Below, one piece after another: positions 9,509 through 16,281 of a stretch of DNA of 25,657 nucleotides. This DNA is from a virus (Duplodnaviria; Caudoviricetes), in IMG/VR virus record IMGVR_UViG_3300046009_005703, positions 1-25,657 of that record; one strand, written 5' to 3'. The notes below the pieces were generated by a model. That model ran no database searches, was not told the origin of the DNA, and saw nothing but the letters and a program-made list of their open reading frames with translations. How positions within the stretch are numbered: position 1 is the first letter of the stretch; the number at the start of each line of letters is the position of its first letter. The position numbers and the translations under genes were made by a program.

Positions 9509-9540
9509 CAAAGCATGATGAAACGCGAAGGAGATCGCTA

Positions 9541-10017
9541 ATGGGCCTCGATATGTATCTGACCGCTGAACGCTATCTGTGGTCGATTAATGATGAAGAT
9601 CAAGCAAAAGCGGATGCTATTGCCAAACTGTTTCCTGAATTGGAATTGGATGACACTATGGATCAGCGCGTTAAAACTGTGGATGTCCAGATTGGTTATT
9701 GGCGCAAAGCAAACCAGATTCATTCTTGGTTTGTTCGCAATATCCAAGACGGTAAAGACGACTGCGAGCGTTATTATGTCAGTCCTGAAAAATTGCAGGA
9801 ACTGCTCGAAACTGTTAATACCATCCTGGATTCAAAGGATCGGGAAAATACTGCAAAGGAATTGCTTGAACCTGTTGGCGGTTTCTTTTTCGGTTCGCTT
9901 GATATTGACGAATATTATTTCCAGGACCTGCAGCACACTAAAAAGATGCTGGAAAAGATCCTGAGCAATGCGGTGATGCTGAAAGAATGGGACTTCTACT
10001 ACCAATCCTCCTGGTGA
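9541..10017 (+). CDS. conserved phage hypothetical protein
   Basis: MGLDMYL...YWRKANQIHSWF...GFFFGS...FYYQSSW pattern of a widespread phage family. Confidence 0.88.
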   Translation: MGLDMYLTAERYLWSINDEDQAKADAIAKLFPELELDDTMDQRVKTVDVQIGYWRKANQIHSWFVRNIQDGKDDCERYYVSPEKLQELLETVNTILDSKDRENTAKELLEPVGGFFFGSLDIDEYYFQDLQHTKKMLEKILSNAVMLKEWDFYYQSSW

Positions 10018-10024
10018 TGGGTGG

Positions 10025-10053
10025 TTGACATCTTTTCTTGAATATTCGATAAC
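10025..10053 (+). promoter_or_regulatory. early promoter repeat, non-ATG variant
   Basis: TTGACA-17-GATAAC-ACAATAGAAGAAAC. Confidence 0.8.
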
Positions 10054-10079
10054 ACAATAGAAGAAACAGGGAGAACGCC

Positions 10080-10253
10080 ATGGATTACCAATCTGCCGAA
10101 GCAATCGCCGTCCGCCTCGAAGGCATCCGCCGCCGCGCTGACCTTTTCGGTCAGGACCGTGAGCGCGTGCTGCTCGAGATCGAGTTCCTTGCTGAGGACT
10201 ACCGCAAGTGGGCGGCACGGATCGAAGAGGAGATGCTCGCACAAACCGCTTGA
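10080..10253 (+). CDS. hypothetical protein (57 aa, not in ORF track)
   Basis: MDYQSAEAIAVRLEG...LAQTA*; GGGAG SD; stop inside next -35. Confidence 0.75.
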   Translation: MDYQSAEAIAVRLEGIRRRADLFGQDRERVLLEIEFLAEDYRKWAARIEEEMLAQTA

Positions 10254-10278
10254 CATCTTTTCTGGAATATTCGATAAA
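10250..10278 (+). promoter_or_regulatory. early promoter repeat
   Basis: TTGACA-17-GATAAA; ATG at 10285. Confidence 0.85.
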
Positions 10279-10310
10279 CAAAGCATGATGAAACAAGAAG
10301 GAAGACACTA

Positions 10311-10772
10311 ATGGGTACTCGCAGCATGATCGGCATGGTTGGCGCAGACGGTTCGGTTCGCGCAATCTATTGCCACTGGGATGGATACGTCAAGCACAAC
10401 GGATGGATCCTCGACCATCACTACGGCGACGCCGCTAAAGTCGCTGCGCTTATCGCGCTCGGCAATATCTCCTCGCTGCGTGCCGAGATCGGTGAGCAGC
10501 ATCCCTTTGACACCACCCACCTGAAACCCAGCGAGATCGACCCGCGCTGGGAGAGCTGGACGGTCGCCTATGGTCGTGACCGTGGTGAAGACAAGCAAGA
10601 AGCGGCGCGCTACGATTCCGTCCAGGCCTACGCTGACGCGCTTGGCGATAACGGTGACGAATACCGGTATCTGCATGATGGGAGCGCGTGGTTTGTGCTT
10701 GCCGGGTATGGTCCTCACGCAGGCAAGTGGGATGATGTCCGCGAAGCGCTGAAGGACGCAGAAGCAGCGTAA
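10311..10772 (+). CDS. conserved phage hypothetical protein
   Basis: MGTRSMIG...IYCHWDGY...LGNISSL...YGRDRGE family pattern. Confidence 0.88.
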   Translation: MGTRSMIGMVGADGSVRAIYCHWDGYVKHNGWILDHHYGDAAKVAALIALGNISSLRAEIGEQHPFDTTHLKPSEIDPRWESWTVAYGRDRGEDKQEAARYDSVQAYADALGDNGDEYRYLHDGSAWFVLAGYGPHAGKWDDVREALKDAEAA

Positions 10773-10778
10773 CCCATT

Positions 10779-10918
10779 GGACACGCAGGGTTTTTCCGAC
10801 CCAATCTCTGCGTGTCCTACATTCGTTTTCCGTGCATATTGTTAGTTTTCAATAGGTTAGACGTTCGGGCGCCTCGATCTTGCTTGATCTCCCCCACAAC
10901 TAGGCGAGATCGAGGCGT
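10779..10918 (+). other. structured intergenic element A (two hairpins around an IHF-like site)
   Basis: 10-bp stem 10779-88/10808-17; TTTCAATAGGTTA 10847-59; 17-bp stem 10869-85/10902-18. Confidence 0.65.
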
Positions 10919-10938
10919 CAGCGGGTCACAAACCGTGC

Positions 10939-10967
10939 TTGACACTATTTCTGGAATAATCCATAAA
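10939..10967 (+). promoter_or_regulatory. early promoter repeat
   Basis: TTGACA-17-CATAAA; ATG at 10974. Confidence 0.85.
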
Positions 10968-11001
10968 CAAAGCATGATGAAACGCGACAAAGGAGTTCGC
11001 C

Positions 11002-11259
11002 ATGGAATCGACCACTATCACCGTCCGCTCGGGTTCGATCTGCGCCGATGCTACCTTCCAGCTCTCCTTCTGGAAAGGATCGCTCGAGGCCCAGGTCAAG
11101 GAGGTTCTTGAGACGTGGACCCGCATCACCGGTCTGAACTTCGCTAAGATGACTCAGAAGGTCCGCGAAGAAGAACAAGACGGCGTGCTGTGGGCAGCAG
11201 TGACTGTCGAGCATCCGCTTGACAATCGCGCAGACGTGACTATTTTCTGGAAACGATAG
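11002..11259 (+). CDS. hypothetical protein
   Basis: 85 aa, AAGGAG SD. Confidence 0.8.
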   Translation: MESTTITVRSGSICADATFQLSFWKGSLEAQVKEVLETWTRITGLNFAKMTQKVREEEQDGVLWAAVTVEHPLDNRADVTIFWKR

Positions 11260-11262
11260 CGG

Positions 11263-11291
11263 TTGACGTTATTTCTCAGTAAATGCATAAA
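11263..11291 (+). promoter_or_regulatory. early promoter repeat
   Basis: TTGACG-17-CATAAA; ATG at 11298. Confidence 0.85.
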
Positions 11292-11324
11292 CAAAGCATG
11301 ATGAAACGCAACGGAGATGCCGTC

Positions 11325-12110
11325 ATGATCTACTCGCTCGACAAACTGCCCGCCGAAACCCGTGACCAGATCCTGGCGTCGCGCAAGTGGATCAAACTGT
11401 TCTCCGAGAAGCCCAAGAAACTGCTTGCGCTTGACACCAACGCCAAAACCGTCAAGGGTCAGAAGAAGGGCTTCATGACCGCGATTCTGTATCTGACGCC
11501 CGCCGATGGTGCTGGCGAGAACGTCTGCCCGATGGCAGTAATTGCTGCTTGTGACGAACCGTGCTTGAACACCGCTGGTCGTGGTGCAATGGGTTCGGTG
11601 CAGATGGCCCGTCTTCGTAAGACGCTTTTCTTCATCCAATACCGCGAAGAATTCCTCGCTCAGATTAAGCGCGAGATTGCTGCTGCTATTAAAAAAGCAG
11701 ACAAAGCAGGTTTTGAATTGCTGGTTCGTCTTAATGGCACGTCCGATCTGCGTTGGGAAAACTATGGCATTCCGCAAGCATTCCCGCAAGTGCAATTCTA
11801 TGACTACACCAAGATCGTTAATCGCAAGAACATTCCGGCTAATTATGATCTGACTTTCTCTTATTCGGGTTTGCCTGCTTTTAAGATGTTTGCTGACCGT
11901 GCTATCAAGAATGGTATGCGTCTTGCAGTCGTCTTTCGCACTCGTGCAGTTGTCGAGAAAATGCTTGCCAATAGCGAGCGTTTCATGGGCATGGAAGTCG
12001 TGGACGGTGACGACTCGGACATCCGTCACCTCGACCCGATGGGTTCTGCGGTCGCGCTTTATGCGAAAGGCAAAGCAAAGAAAGACGTCAGCGGTTTCGT
12101 GGTGGGTTGA
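11325..12110 (+). CDS. Gp88-like phage protein with Cys cluster (radical-SAM-like)
   Basis: VCPMA..AACDEPCL, VRLNGTSDLRWE, FYDYTK, YDLTFSYS, DGDDSDIR; in-frame +1 ATG at 11298. Confidence 0.75.
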   Translation: MIYSLDKLPAETRDQILASRKWIKLFSEKPKKLLALDTNAKTVKGQKKGFMTAILYLTPADGAGENVCPMAVIAACDEPCLNTAGRGAMGSVQMARLRKTLFFIQYREEFLAQIKREIAAAIKKADKAGFELLVRLNGTSDLRWENYGIPQAFPQVQFYDYTKIVNRKNIPANYDLTFSYSGLPAFKMFADRAIKNGMRLAVVFRTRAVVEKMLANSERFMGMEVVDGDDSDIRHLDPMGSAVALYAKGKAKKDVSGFVVG

Positions 12111-12135
12111 CATCTTTTTCGGAATATTCGATAAC
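12107..12135 (+). promoter_or_regulatory. early promoter repeat, non-ATG variant
   Basis: TTGACA-17-GATAAC-ACAATAGAAGAAAC, same variant as 10025. Confidence 0.8.
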
Positions 12136-12164
12136 ACAATAGAAGAAACGAAAAGGAAGACAAG

Positions 12165-12332
12165 ATGAAGATGTTCAAGTTCACCGCCTTCGGCAAAACC
12201 TTCACGACTAAGGCGGCCGATCACTCCTCGGCGATGGTCGACGCCAACTGGCACTTCCCCCTTGGTGCGGGTTGCTGGTTCAACACCACGGAGACTGAGT
12301 TCCGCTGGGTCGAAGGAAATTTCTTCGACTAA
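12165..12332 (+). CDS. hypothetical protein (55 aa, not in ORF track)
   Basis: MKMFKFTAFGKTF...EGNFFD*; AAGGA SD. Confidence 0.75.
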   Translation: MKMFKFTAFGKTFTTKAADHSSAMVDANWHFPLGAGCWFNTTETEFRWVEGNFFD

Positions 12333-12339
12333 CCTGTGG

Positions 12340-12368
12340 TTGACATCTTTTCTATTTAATTCGATAAA
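12340..12368 (+). promoter_or_regulatory. early promoter repeat
   Basis: TTGACA-17-GATAAA; ATG at 12375. Confidence 0.85.
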
Positions 12369-12395
12369 CAAAGCATGATGGAAACGGAGAAAACC

Positions 12396-12638
12396 ATGAC
12401 ACCTGCTAGCAAGATCGTCCGCGCGCTTATCACCCTTGACGGCACCGGTAAGAAAGTATTTAATGACCGAGTGTCCTTCGGACGCAGCATCAAGGTCTGG
12501 GGATGGTCGGACGACCAATACGCAAAGGCGAAGCAATATCTCGAGGCAGCGGGTTATTCGGTCAAGATCGTCCGCAGTCGCCCGCTGAAGTGGTCGTGGT
12601 GCAAAGGCAATGCGCTTCGCCTTCACGTTATCGGTTGA
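12396..12638 (+). CDS. hypothetical basic protein
   Basis: GGAG SD; in-frame +1 ATG at 12375. Confidence 0.8.
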   Translation: MTPASKIVRALITLDGTGKKVFNDRVSFGRSIKVWGWSDDQYAKAKQYLEAAGYSVKIVRSRPLKWSWCKGNALRLHVIG

Positions 12639-12663
12639 CAGTATTTCTAGAATATTCGATAAA
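12635..12663 (+). promoter_or_regulatory. early promoter repeat
   Basis: TTGACA-17-GATAAA; ATG at 12670. Confidence 0.85.
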
Positions 12664-12699
12664 CAAAGCATGATGAAACGGCAACGCAGGAGCAACGCC

Positions 12700-13128
12700 A
12701 TGACTGCACTTTCGACTTCCATGATGCCCGCTGGTGAATACTACGTTGGTGACCTGTGCTATGTTCTCGGCGACTCGCGCTGGGATGAAGTATGCGCCGA
12801 GATTATCGTTGGTTCGCAGTGCCTAGACGGCGTCTTTGAACTCGCTGATGGCGTGCGCTTTGCTATGTTCTCGACCGCGTGGGGTGACGGCGAGTTTCAA
12901 GATCAGGAAGGTCACTCCTACTGCGTGGATGCAGGCAGCATCGGATGCGTGCTGACGACTGCTGCTGGTGTTGATCTTGACCGTGCAGAAACGCTCGGGC
13001 GTATTGTGACTTTTAAGAAGGATTTCCTCGTCTATGAAGAAGATGGCAAGATTCATATTGGTCCGCTGACTATTGATACGGATCCCGCCTTTGAAGAAAA
13101 TGACTACGAAGATGAGGAGGCATATTAA
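12700..13128 (+). CDS. conserved phage hypothetical protein
   Basis: YYVGDLCYVL...TAWGDG...VDAGSIGC pattern; AGGAG SD. Confidence 0.85.
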   Translation: MTALSTSMMPAGEYYVGDLCYVLGDSRWDEVCAEIIVGSQCLDGVFELADGVRFAMFSTAWGDGEFQDQEGHSYCVDAGSIGCVLTTAAGVDLDRAETLGRIVTFKKDFLVYEEDGKIHIGPLTIDTDPAFEENDYEDEEAY

Positions 13129-13214
13129 TGATCCTTACCAATCTTATTATAATTGCTGCCGCCTTAATTGGTTGGGCAATTGCCACTCTGCTAATAGTTT
13201 TGATTGCGGGATAA
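13128..13214 (+). CDS. 28-aa hydrophobic peptide
   Basis: MILTNLIIIAAALIGWAIATLLIVLIAG*; TAATG coupling, GGAGG SD. Confidence 0.5.
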   Translation: MILTNLIIIAAALIGWAIATLLIVLIAG

Positions 13215-13218
13215 TATA

Positions 13219-13407
13219 ATGGCGACTCAAGAAACTGTTGACAAGATCACAAGTATCATCTATTATCTCTATCATGAATCTAAAATGAATCCGAACTCAA
13301 TGGTCGGCGGTCATCTGATTAAAGACGTCTTTGAGAACGCCTGTAATGTTCTATTGGGTATGACCGCCGATGAATTCGCAGAACGTGAAAAGGAACTGTC
13401 TAAATGA
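13219..13407 (+). CDS. hypothetical protein
   Basis: ATG 13219 after GGGA. Confidence 0.7.
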   Translation: MATQETVDKITSIIYYLYHESKMNPNSMVGGHLIKDVFENACNVLLGMTADEFAEREKELSK

Positions 13408-13625
13408 TATTAGGTCGCATTATAGCATTTGCAACTATGTTTGTCTTTGTCTTTATCGTTCTAATTGCTGCTGCATGTTTCATACCATTTCTGCTAGTAT
13501 TTGTGGCGTGGGATATGTCTGTGCTCAATATCAATTGGGATCTTGTTTATTATTTTCTGCGTCTTAATGTTTTGCTTTCTATTGTAGTCGCAACACTATT
13601 CACGTTTAGTAAAGAAGGTAAATAA
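13404..13625 (+). CDS. small membrane protein
   Basis: Two hydrophobic segments; ATGA coupling. Confidence 0.65.
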   Translation: MILGRIIAFATMFVFVFIVLIAAACFIPFLLVFVAWDMSVLNINWDLVYYFLRLNVLLSIVVATLFTFSKEGK

Positions 13626-13641
13626 TTCGCTATTGAGATTA

Positions 13642-13824
13642 ATGATGCAAGACGATAAACTAAGAGACTCTATTGAACGCGAAATAAAACATCTCGATGA
13701 ACTTATTAGACAATCACTAGAATATGCTGACAAAGAAGGTGATATAATGATAGGACACACTACTAGAAACGTATATCGCATGATGCAAAACTCATATAAG
13801 CGAATACTACAAGGAACTCACTAA
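13642..13824 (+). CDS. hypothetical protein
   Basis: 60-aa ORF. Confidence 0.6.
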   Translation: MMQDDKLRDSIEREIKHLDELIRQSLEYADKEGDIMIGHTTRNVYRMMQNSYKRILQGTH

Positions 13825-13825
13825 T

Positions 13826-13903
13826 ATGAAATACTTTCTAGTCGGATTTGTTATTGGTGCACTGTTATCGCTTATTGGCGGATTTATTGGTGGATTGCTA
13901 TAA
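13826..13903 (+). CDS. 25-aa Gly-rich TM peptide
   Basis: MKYFLVGFVIGALLSLIGGFIGGLL*; AAGGA upstream. Confidence 0.5.
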   Translation: MKYFLVGFVIGALLSLIGGFIGGLL

Positions 13904-13988
13904 CCAATCAATAACCCATTATCTGATAGGAATTGCCAATAGATTAATTAATGGTATTTAATGGTATATTGTGGGAGATGTTAGTGGG

Positions 13989-14196
13989 TGCAAAGTTGCA
14001 AATAAAACTGCAATACGCTTTGCAAAGTCGCAAAGTCGTTTAGTGAGTAACCGTGAGTTGCAGAATGTCTTGCGTGGTCAGTGACCTGCCATCCTAGAAT
14101 ATTTCCGAAATAATGTCAACCCCCCTGTTGCTTGCCGTGAGTCGCCGTGAGCGCTGCTGCTTTGCAGGTTTGCATGGCGCGCTTTGCATCTTTGCA
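13989..14196. repeat. mirrored TGCAAA/TTTGCA short repeats plus 3x CCGTGAG
   Basis: (T/C)GCAA(A/T) at 13989, 13997, 14009, 14021, 14029; TTTGCA at 14161, 14169, 14183, 14191; CCGTGAG at 14051, 14135, 14145. Confidence 0.7.
14091..14119 (-). promoter_or_regulatory. leftward promoter repeat
   Basis: TTGACA-ttatttcggaaatattc-TAGGAT. Confidence 0.7.
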
Positions 14197-14244
14197 GGAT
14201 CCCACAGTGACCCGCCGGTGCCCTCCCACGCCGACCAGACACCC

Positions 14245-14273
14245 TTTATGGAATTTCCGAGAAATCCTGTCAA
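14245..14273 (-). promoter_or_regulatory. leftward promoter repeat
   Basis: TTGACA-ggatttctcggaaattc-CATAAA. Confidence 0.75.
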
Positions 14274-14450
14274 GCCCCCTGCCATCCCGTTCAGCAGTGA
14301 AGCATTCGTGGGAGACTGTTGACCGCTGAAGCATACACGCAGAACGTGTCCGGGCCCTATGTAAATCGCGTTTACATCTTTAGAGACCAGAGTGCCCCGA
14401 AGCCATGCTCCTATCGCGTCGCCTATTGGCTGTGCGGTTTCTATGCTTCA

Positions 14451-14479
14451 CTTATGGAATTAATTTAAAATACTGTCAA
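14451..14479 (-). promoter_or_regulatory. leftward promoter repeat
   Basis: TTGACA-gtattttaaattaattc-CATAAG-tgaagcatag. Confidence 0.75.
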
Positions 14480-14516
14480 CCCCCGTGCTTCTGCGGTTCT
14501 TTAGCGGTCCATTCAT

Positions 14517-14545
14517 TTTTTAGCATTTATGGAAAATAATGTCAA
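14517..14545 (-). promoter_or_regulatory. leftward promoter repeat
   Basis: TTGACA-ttattttccataaatgc-TAAAAA. Confidence 0.65.
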
Positions 14546-14581
14546 CCCCTGCTGGGTAGCTATTAGGGCCTTCGGCGCCCC

Positions 14582-14610
14582 TTGACATATTTTCCGGAAT
14601 ATTCGATAAA
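14582..14610 (+). promoter_or_regulatory. early promoter repeat
   Basis: TTGACA-17-GATAAA; ATG at 14616. Confidence 0.85.
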
Positions 14611-14636
14611 TGATCATGATGAAACGGAGCGAAGAC

Positions 14637-14927
14637 ATGCAGAACATCCAGGACCTGATTGACTACCTGTCCACCGATCTCGAGACCTACGAACTGGTGG
14701 TGATGCCGTCACAGCACACCAGAGGCCTGTGGGTCGCCATGATCCGCGAGTGTGGTCCCGATGGCATGGTTCGGATCGACTCCGACACCGATCAGATGGT
14801 CATGCAGGTTTGCGACTCCATCCCGCTGGCGCTTGCGGCGTTGGAATTCCAGTGCGGTGCCATCCTGTCGCGGATCGAGCAGTATGACTGGGAACGTGAG
14901 CAGGAGGACCTCGAGATTCTGTATTGA
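14637..14927 (+). CDS. hypothetical acidic protein
   Basis: GGAG SD; in-frame +1 ATG at 14616. Confidence 0.75.
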   Translation: MQNIQDLIDYLSTDLETYELVVMPSQHTRGLWVAMIRECGPDGMVRIDSDTDQMVMQVCDSIPLALAALEFQCGAILSRIEQYDWEREQEDLEILY

Positions 14928-14952
14928 CATCTTTTCTAAAATATTCGATAAA
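14924..14952 (+). promoter_or_regulatory. early promoter repeat
   Basis: TTGACA-17-GATAAA; ATG at 14958. Confidence 0.85.
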
Positions 14953-14981
14953 TGATCATGATGAAACGAGGAGAGATGGAC

Positions 14982-15236
14982 ATGGCCTACAACGGATGGA
15001 CGAACCACGAGACCTGGCAGATCAACCTGTGGTATGGTGACATCTTCGCCGATTGGCAGGAGGACGGCTCCTACGATATGTCCGCTTGGGCGCTCGAGGA
15101 ATTCTCCCGCGAGATGTCTGGTGTCGAGGATATGCCCGCCGGGTTCGCCAAGGATGCTGTCCTCACCGCCCTCGCCGAGGTGAATTGGGACGAACTGGCC
15201 GAGCACTATGCGGTCGAAGAAGAGGAGGCTGCCTGA
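14982..15236 (+). CDS. conserved acidic phage protein
   Basis: YNGWTNHETWQINLW...VNWDELAEH family pattern. Confidence 0.85.
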   Translation: MAYNGWTNHETWQINLWYGDIFADWQEDGSYDMSAWALEEFSREMSGVEDMPAGFAKDAVLTALAEVNWDELAEHYAVEEEEAA

Positions 15237-15238
15237 TC

Positions 15239-15364
15239 ATGCTGAACTATCTCGAAACCGCTACCCCCGCTGAGATCTTCGAGGACGTGCTAGGCGCGCT
15301 GATGCTGTTCTCTATACCCTTCTGGTTCCCCTACGCTGTTGCCATTCTTAAAGCAATTTTTTAA
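15239..15364 (+). CDS. 41-aa membrane peptide
   Basis: MLNYLETATP...AVAILKAIF*; GGAGG SD. Confidence 0.6.
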   Translation: MLNYLETATPAEIFEDVLGALMLFSIPFWFPYAVAILKAIF

Positions 15365-15374
15365 TATTGCGTCA

Positions 15375-15579
15375 AGCATAGTTTCGACCCACAGAAAGAA
15401 TACTTACATTTCAATGGGTTACCGCTATGCTGCGCTTAATTTGTTTTCCTAAGCATTTTGTGCTAACCAATTGATTTCTATGACGTATTAGAAACCACCC
15501 ATTTTCTGTGACTGTCCTGAGGTGTTGCGCCCCCACTGTGAGGCAAGGAACCTTACGAGAGCCGCAGAAATGGGTGGTT
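15375..15579 (+). other. structured intergenic element B, homologous to element A
   Basis: Stem AGCATAG/CTATGCT; IHF-like sites 15409-21 and 15464-76; 17-bp stem 15493-510/15563-79. Confidence 0.6.
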
Positions 15580-15606
15580 GACGTTATTTCCTATTAATTC
15601 CATATA
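15578..15606 (+). promoter_or_regulatory. early promoter repeat
   Basis: TTGACG-17-CATATA; ATG at 15613. Confidence 0.8.
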
Positions 15607-15633
15607 TGATGCATGGAAACGAAGGAGACGGGG

Positions 15634-15765
15634 ATGCAGGACTGGCGCTTCTGGAACGTGGGTGGTAAGTGGTTTGGTCGTCGCGTGACCGGTGAGCAAG
15701 TCACGGCAGGCACCTACTTCGCGGTGTGTCAAAAAGCATCCTGGTTCGACCAGAGCCCCTACTGA
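15634..15765 (+). CDS. hypothetical protein (43 aa, not in ORF track)
   Basis: MQDWRFWNVGGKWFG...DQSPY*; AAGGAG SD; in-frame +1 ATG at 15613. Confidence 0.65.
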   Translation: MQDWRFWNVGGKWFGRRVTGEQVTAGTYFAVCQKASWFDQSPY

Positions 15766-15778
15766 GAAAGGAACTACT

Positions 15779-15964
15779 ATGAAGATCAAGATGATTCTGC
15801 CCGCCGTTAGCGTCGCCGATGCTGTTGCCATGCGGGACCGTATCAAAGGCCTGATCCTGGAGAAGGGGGAGGACTGCTTCATGACAGACGGCGGCGTCGC
15901 TATTGTCACTGAGAACCCCGCTCGCGTCTCGCTGGAGCTGATGGCGGAGGGTATTATTGACTGA
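15779..15964 (+). CDS. hypothetical protein
   Basis: ATG 15779 after AAAGGA. Confidence 0.75.
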   Translation: MKIKMILPAVSVADAVAMRDRIKGLILEKGEDCFMTDGGVAIVTENPARVSLELMAEGIID

Positions 15965-15969
15965 GGTGG

Positions 15970-15998
15970 TTGACAGTATTTTCTAATAAATGCATAAG
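15970..15998 (+). promoter_or_regulatory. early promoter repeat
   Basis: TTGACA-17-CATAAG; ATG at 16005. Confidence 0.85.
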
Positions 15999-16031
15999 TG
16001 ATGCATGATGAATCGCAACGGAGAAGCAGCG

Positions 16032-16256
16032 ATGGAAATGGTCAACGTCACCCTCTCGGTCACTCGGATGCTGGACAAAGCAGTCACCAAGCATAGCGAA
16101 GAATATGGCGCCATGCCCGACAAGTATGCTTTCCAGCTGGGTTACTGCGAAGGCACCCTGCGGGACTTCATCCATCGGGTCATGATGGACCTGGGCGAGG
16201 AGCGCACCGTGGAGCTGATGAAGCGCAGCGGGATCAACCCGGTCTACCAGGGTTGA
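16032..16256 (+). CDS. hypothetical protein
   Basis: GGAG SD; in-frame +1 ATG at 16005. Confidence 0.8.
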   Translation: MEMVNVTLSVTRMLDKAVTKHSEEYGAMPDKYAFQLGYCEGTLRDFIHRVMMDLGEERTVELMKRSGINPVYQG

Positions 16257-16281
16257 CATATTTTCCGGAATATTCCATAAG
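16253..16281 (+). promoter_or_regulatory. early promoter repeat
   Basis: TTGACA-17-CATAAG; ATG at 16288. Confidence 0.85.

Larger units (their letters stand above)
13904..14580. other. non-coding control locus (candidate replication origin or ncRNA cluster)
   Basis: No credible ORF; four leftward promoters, short repeats, AT-rich tract. Confidence 0.5.

Noticed and set aside
11154-12722. 522-aa minus-strand ORF
   Set aside because: Shadow ORF opposite several well-supported + cassettes; crosses promoter repeats; no motifs.
14094-14334. Four short overlapping ORFs in the non-coding locus
   Set aside because: No convincing SD, cross promoter copies, composition dictated by short repeats.
13904-14580. 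tRNA genes in the intergenic gaps
   Set aside because: No cloverleaf with a T-loop motif found by eye here or in elements A and B; tRNAscan-SE would confirm.
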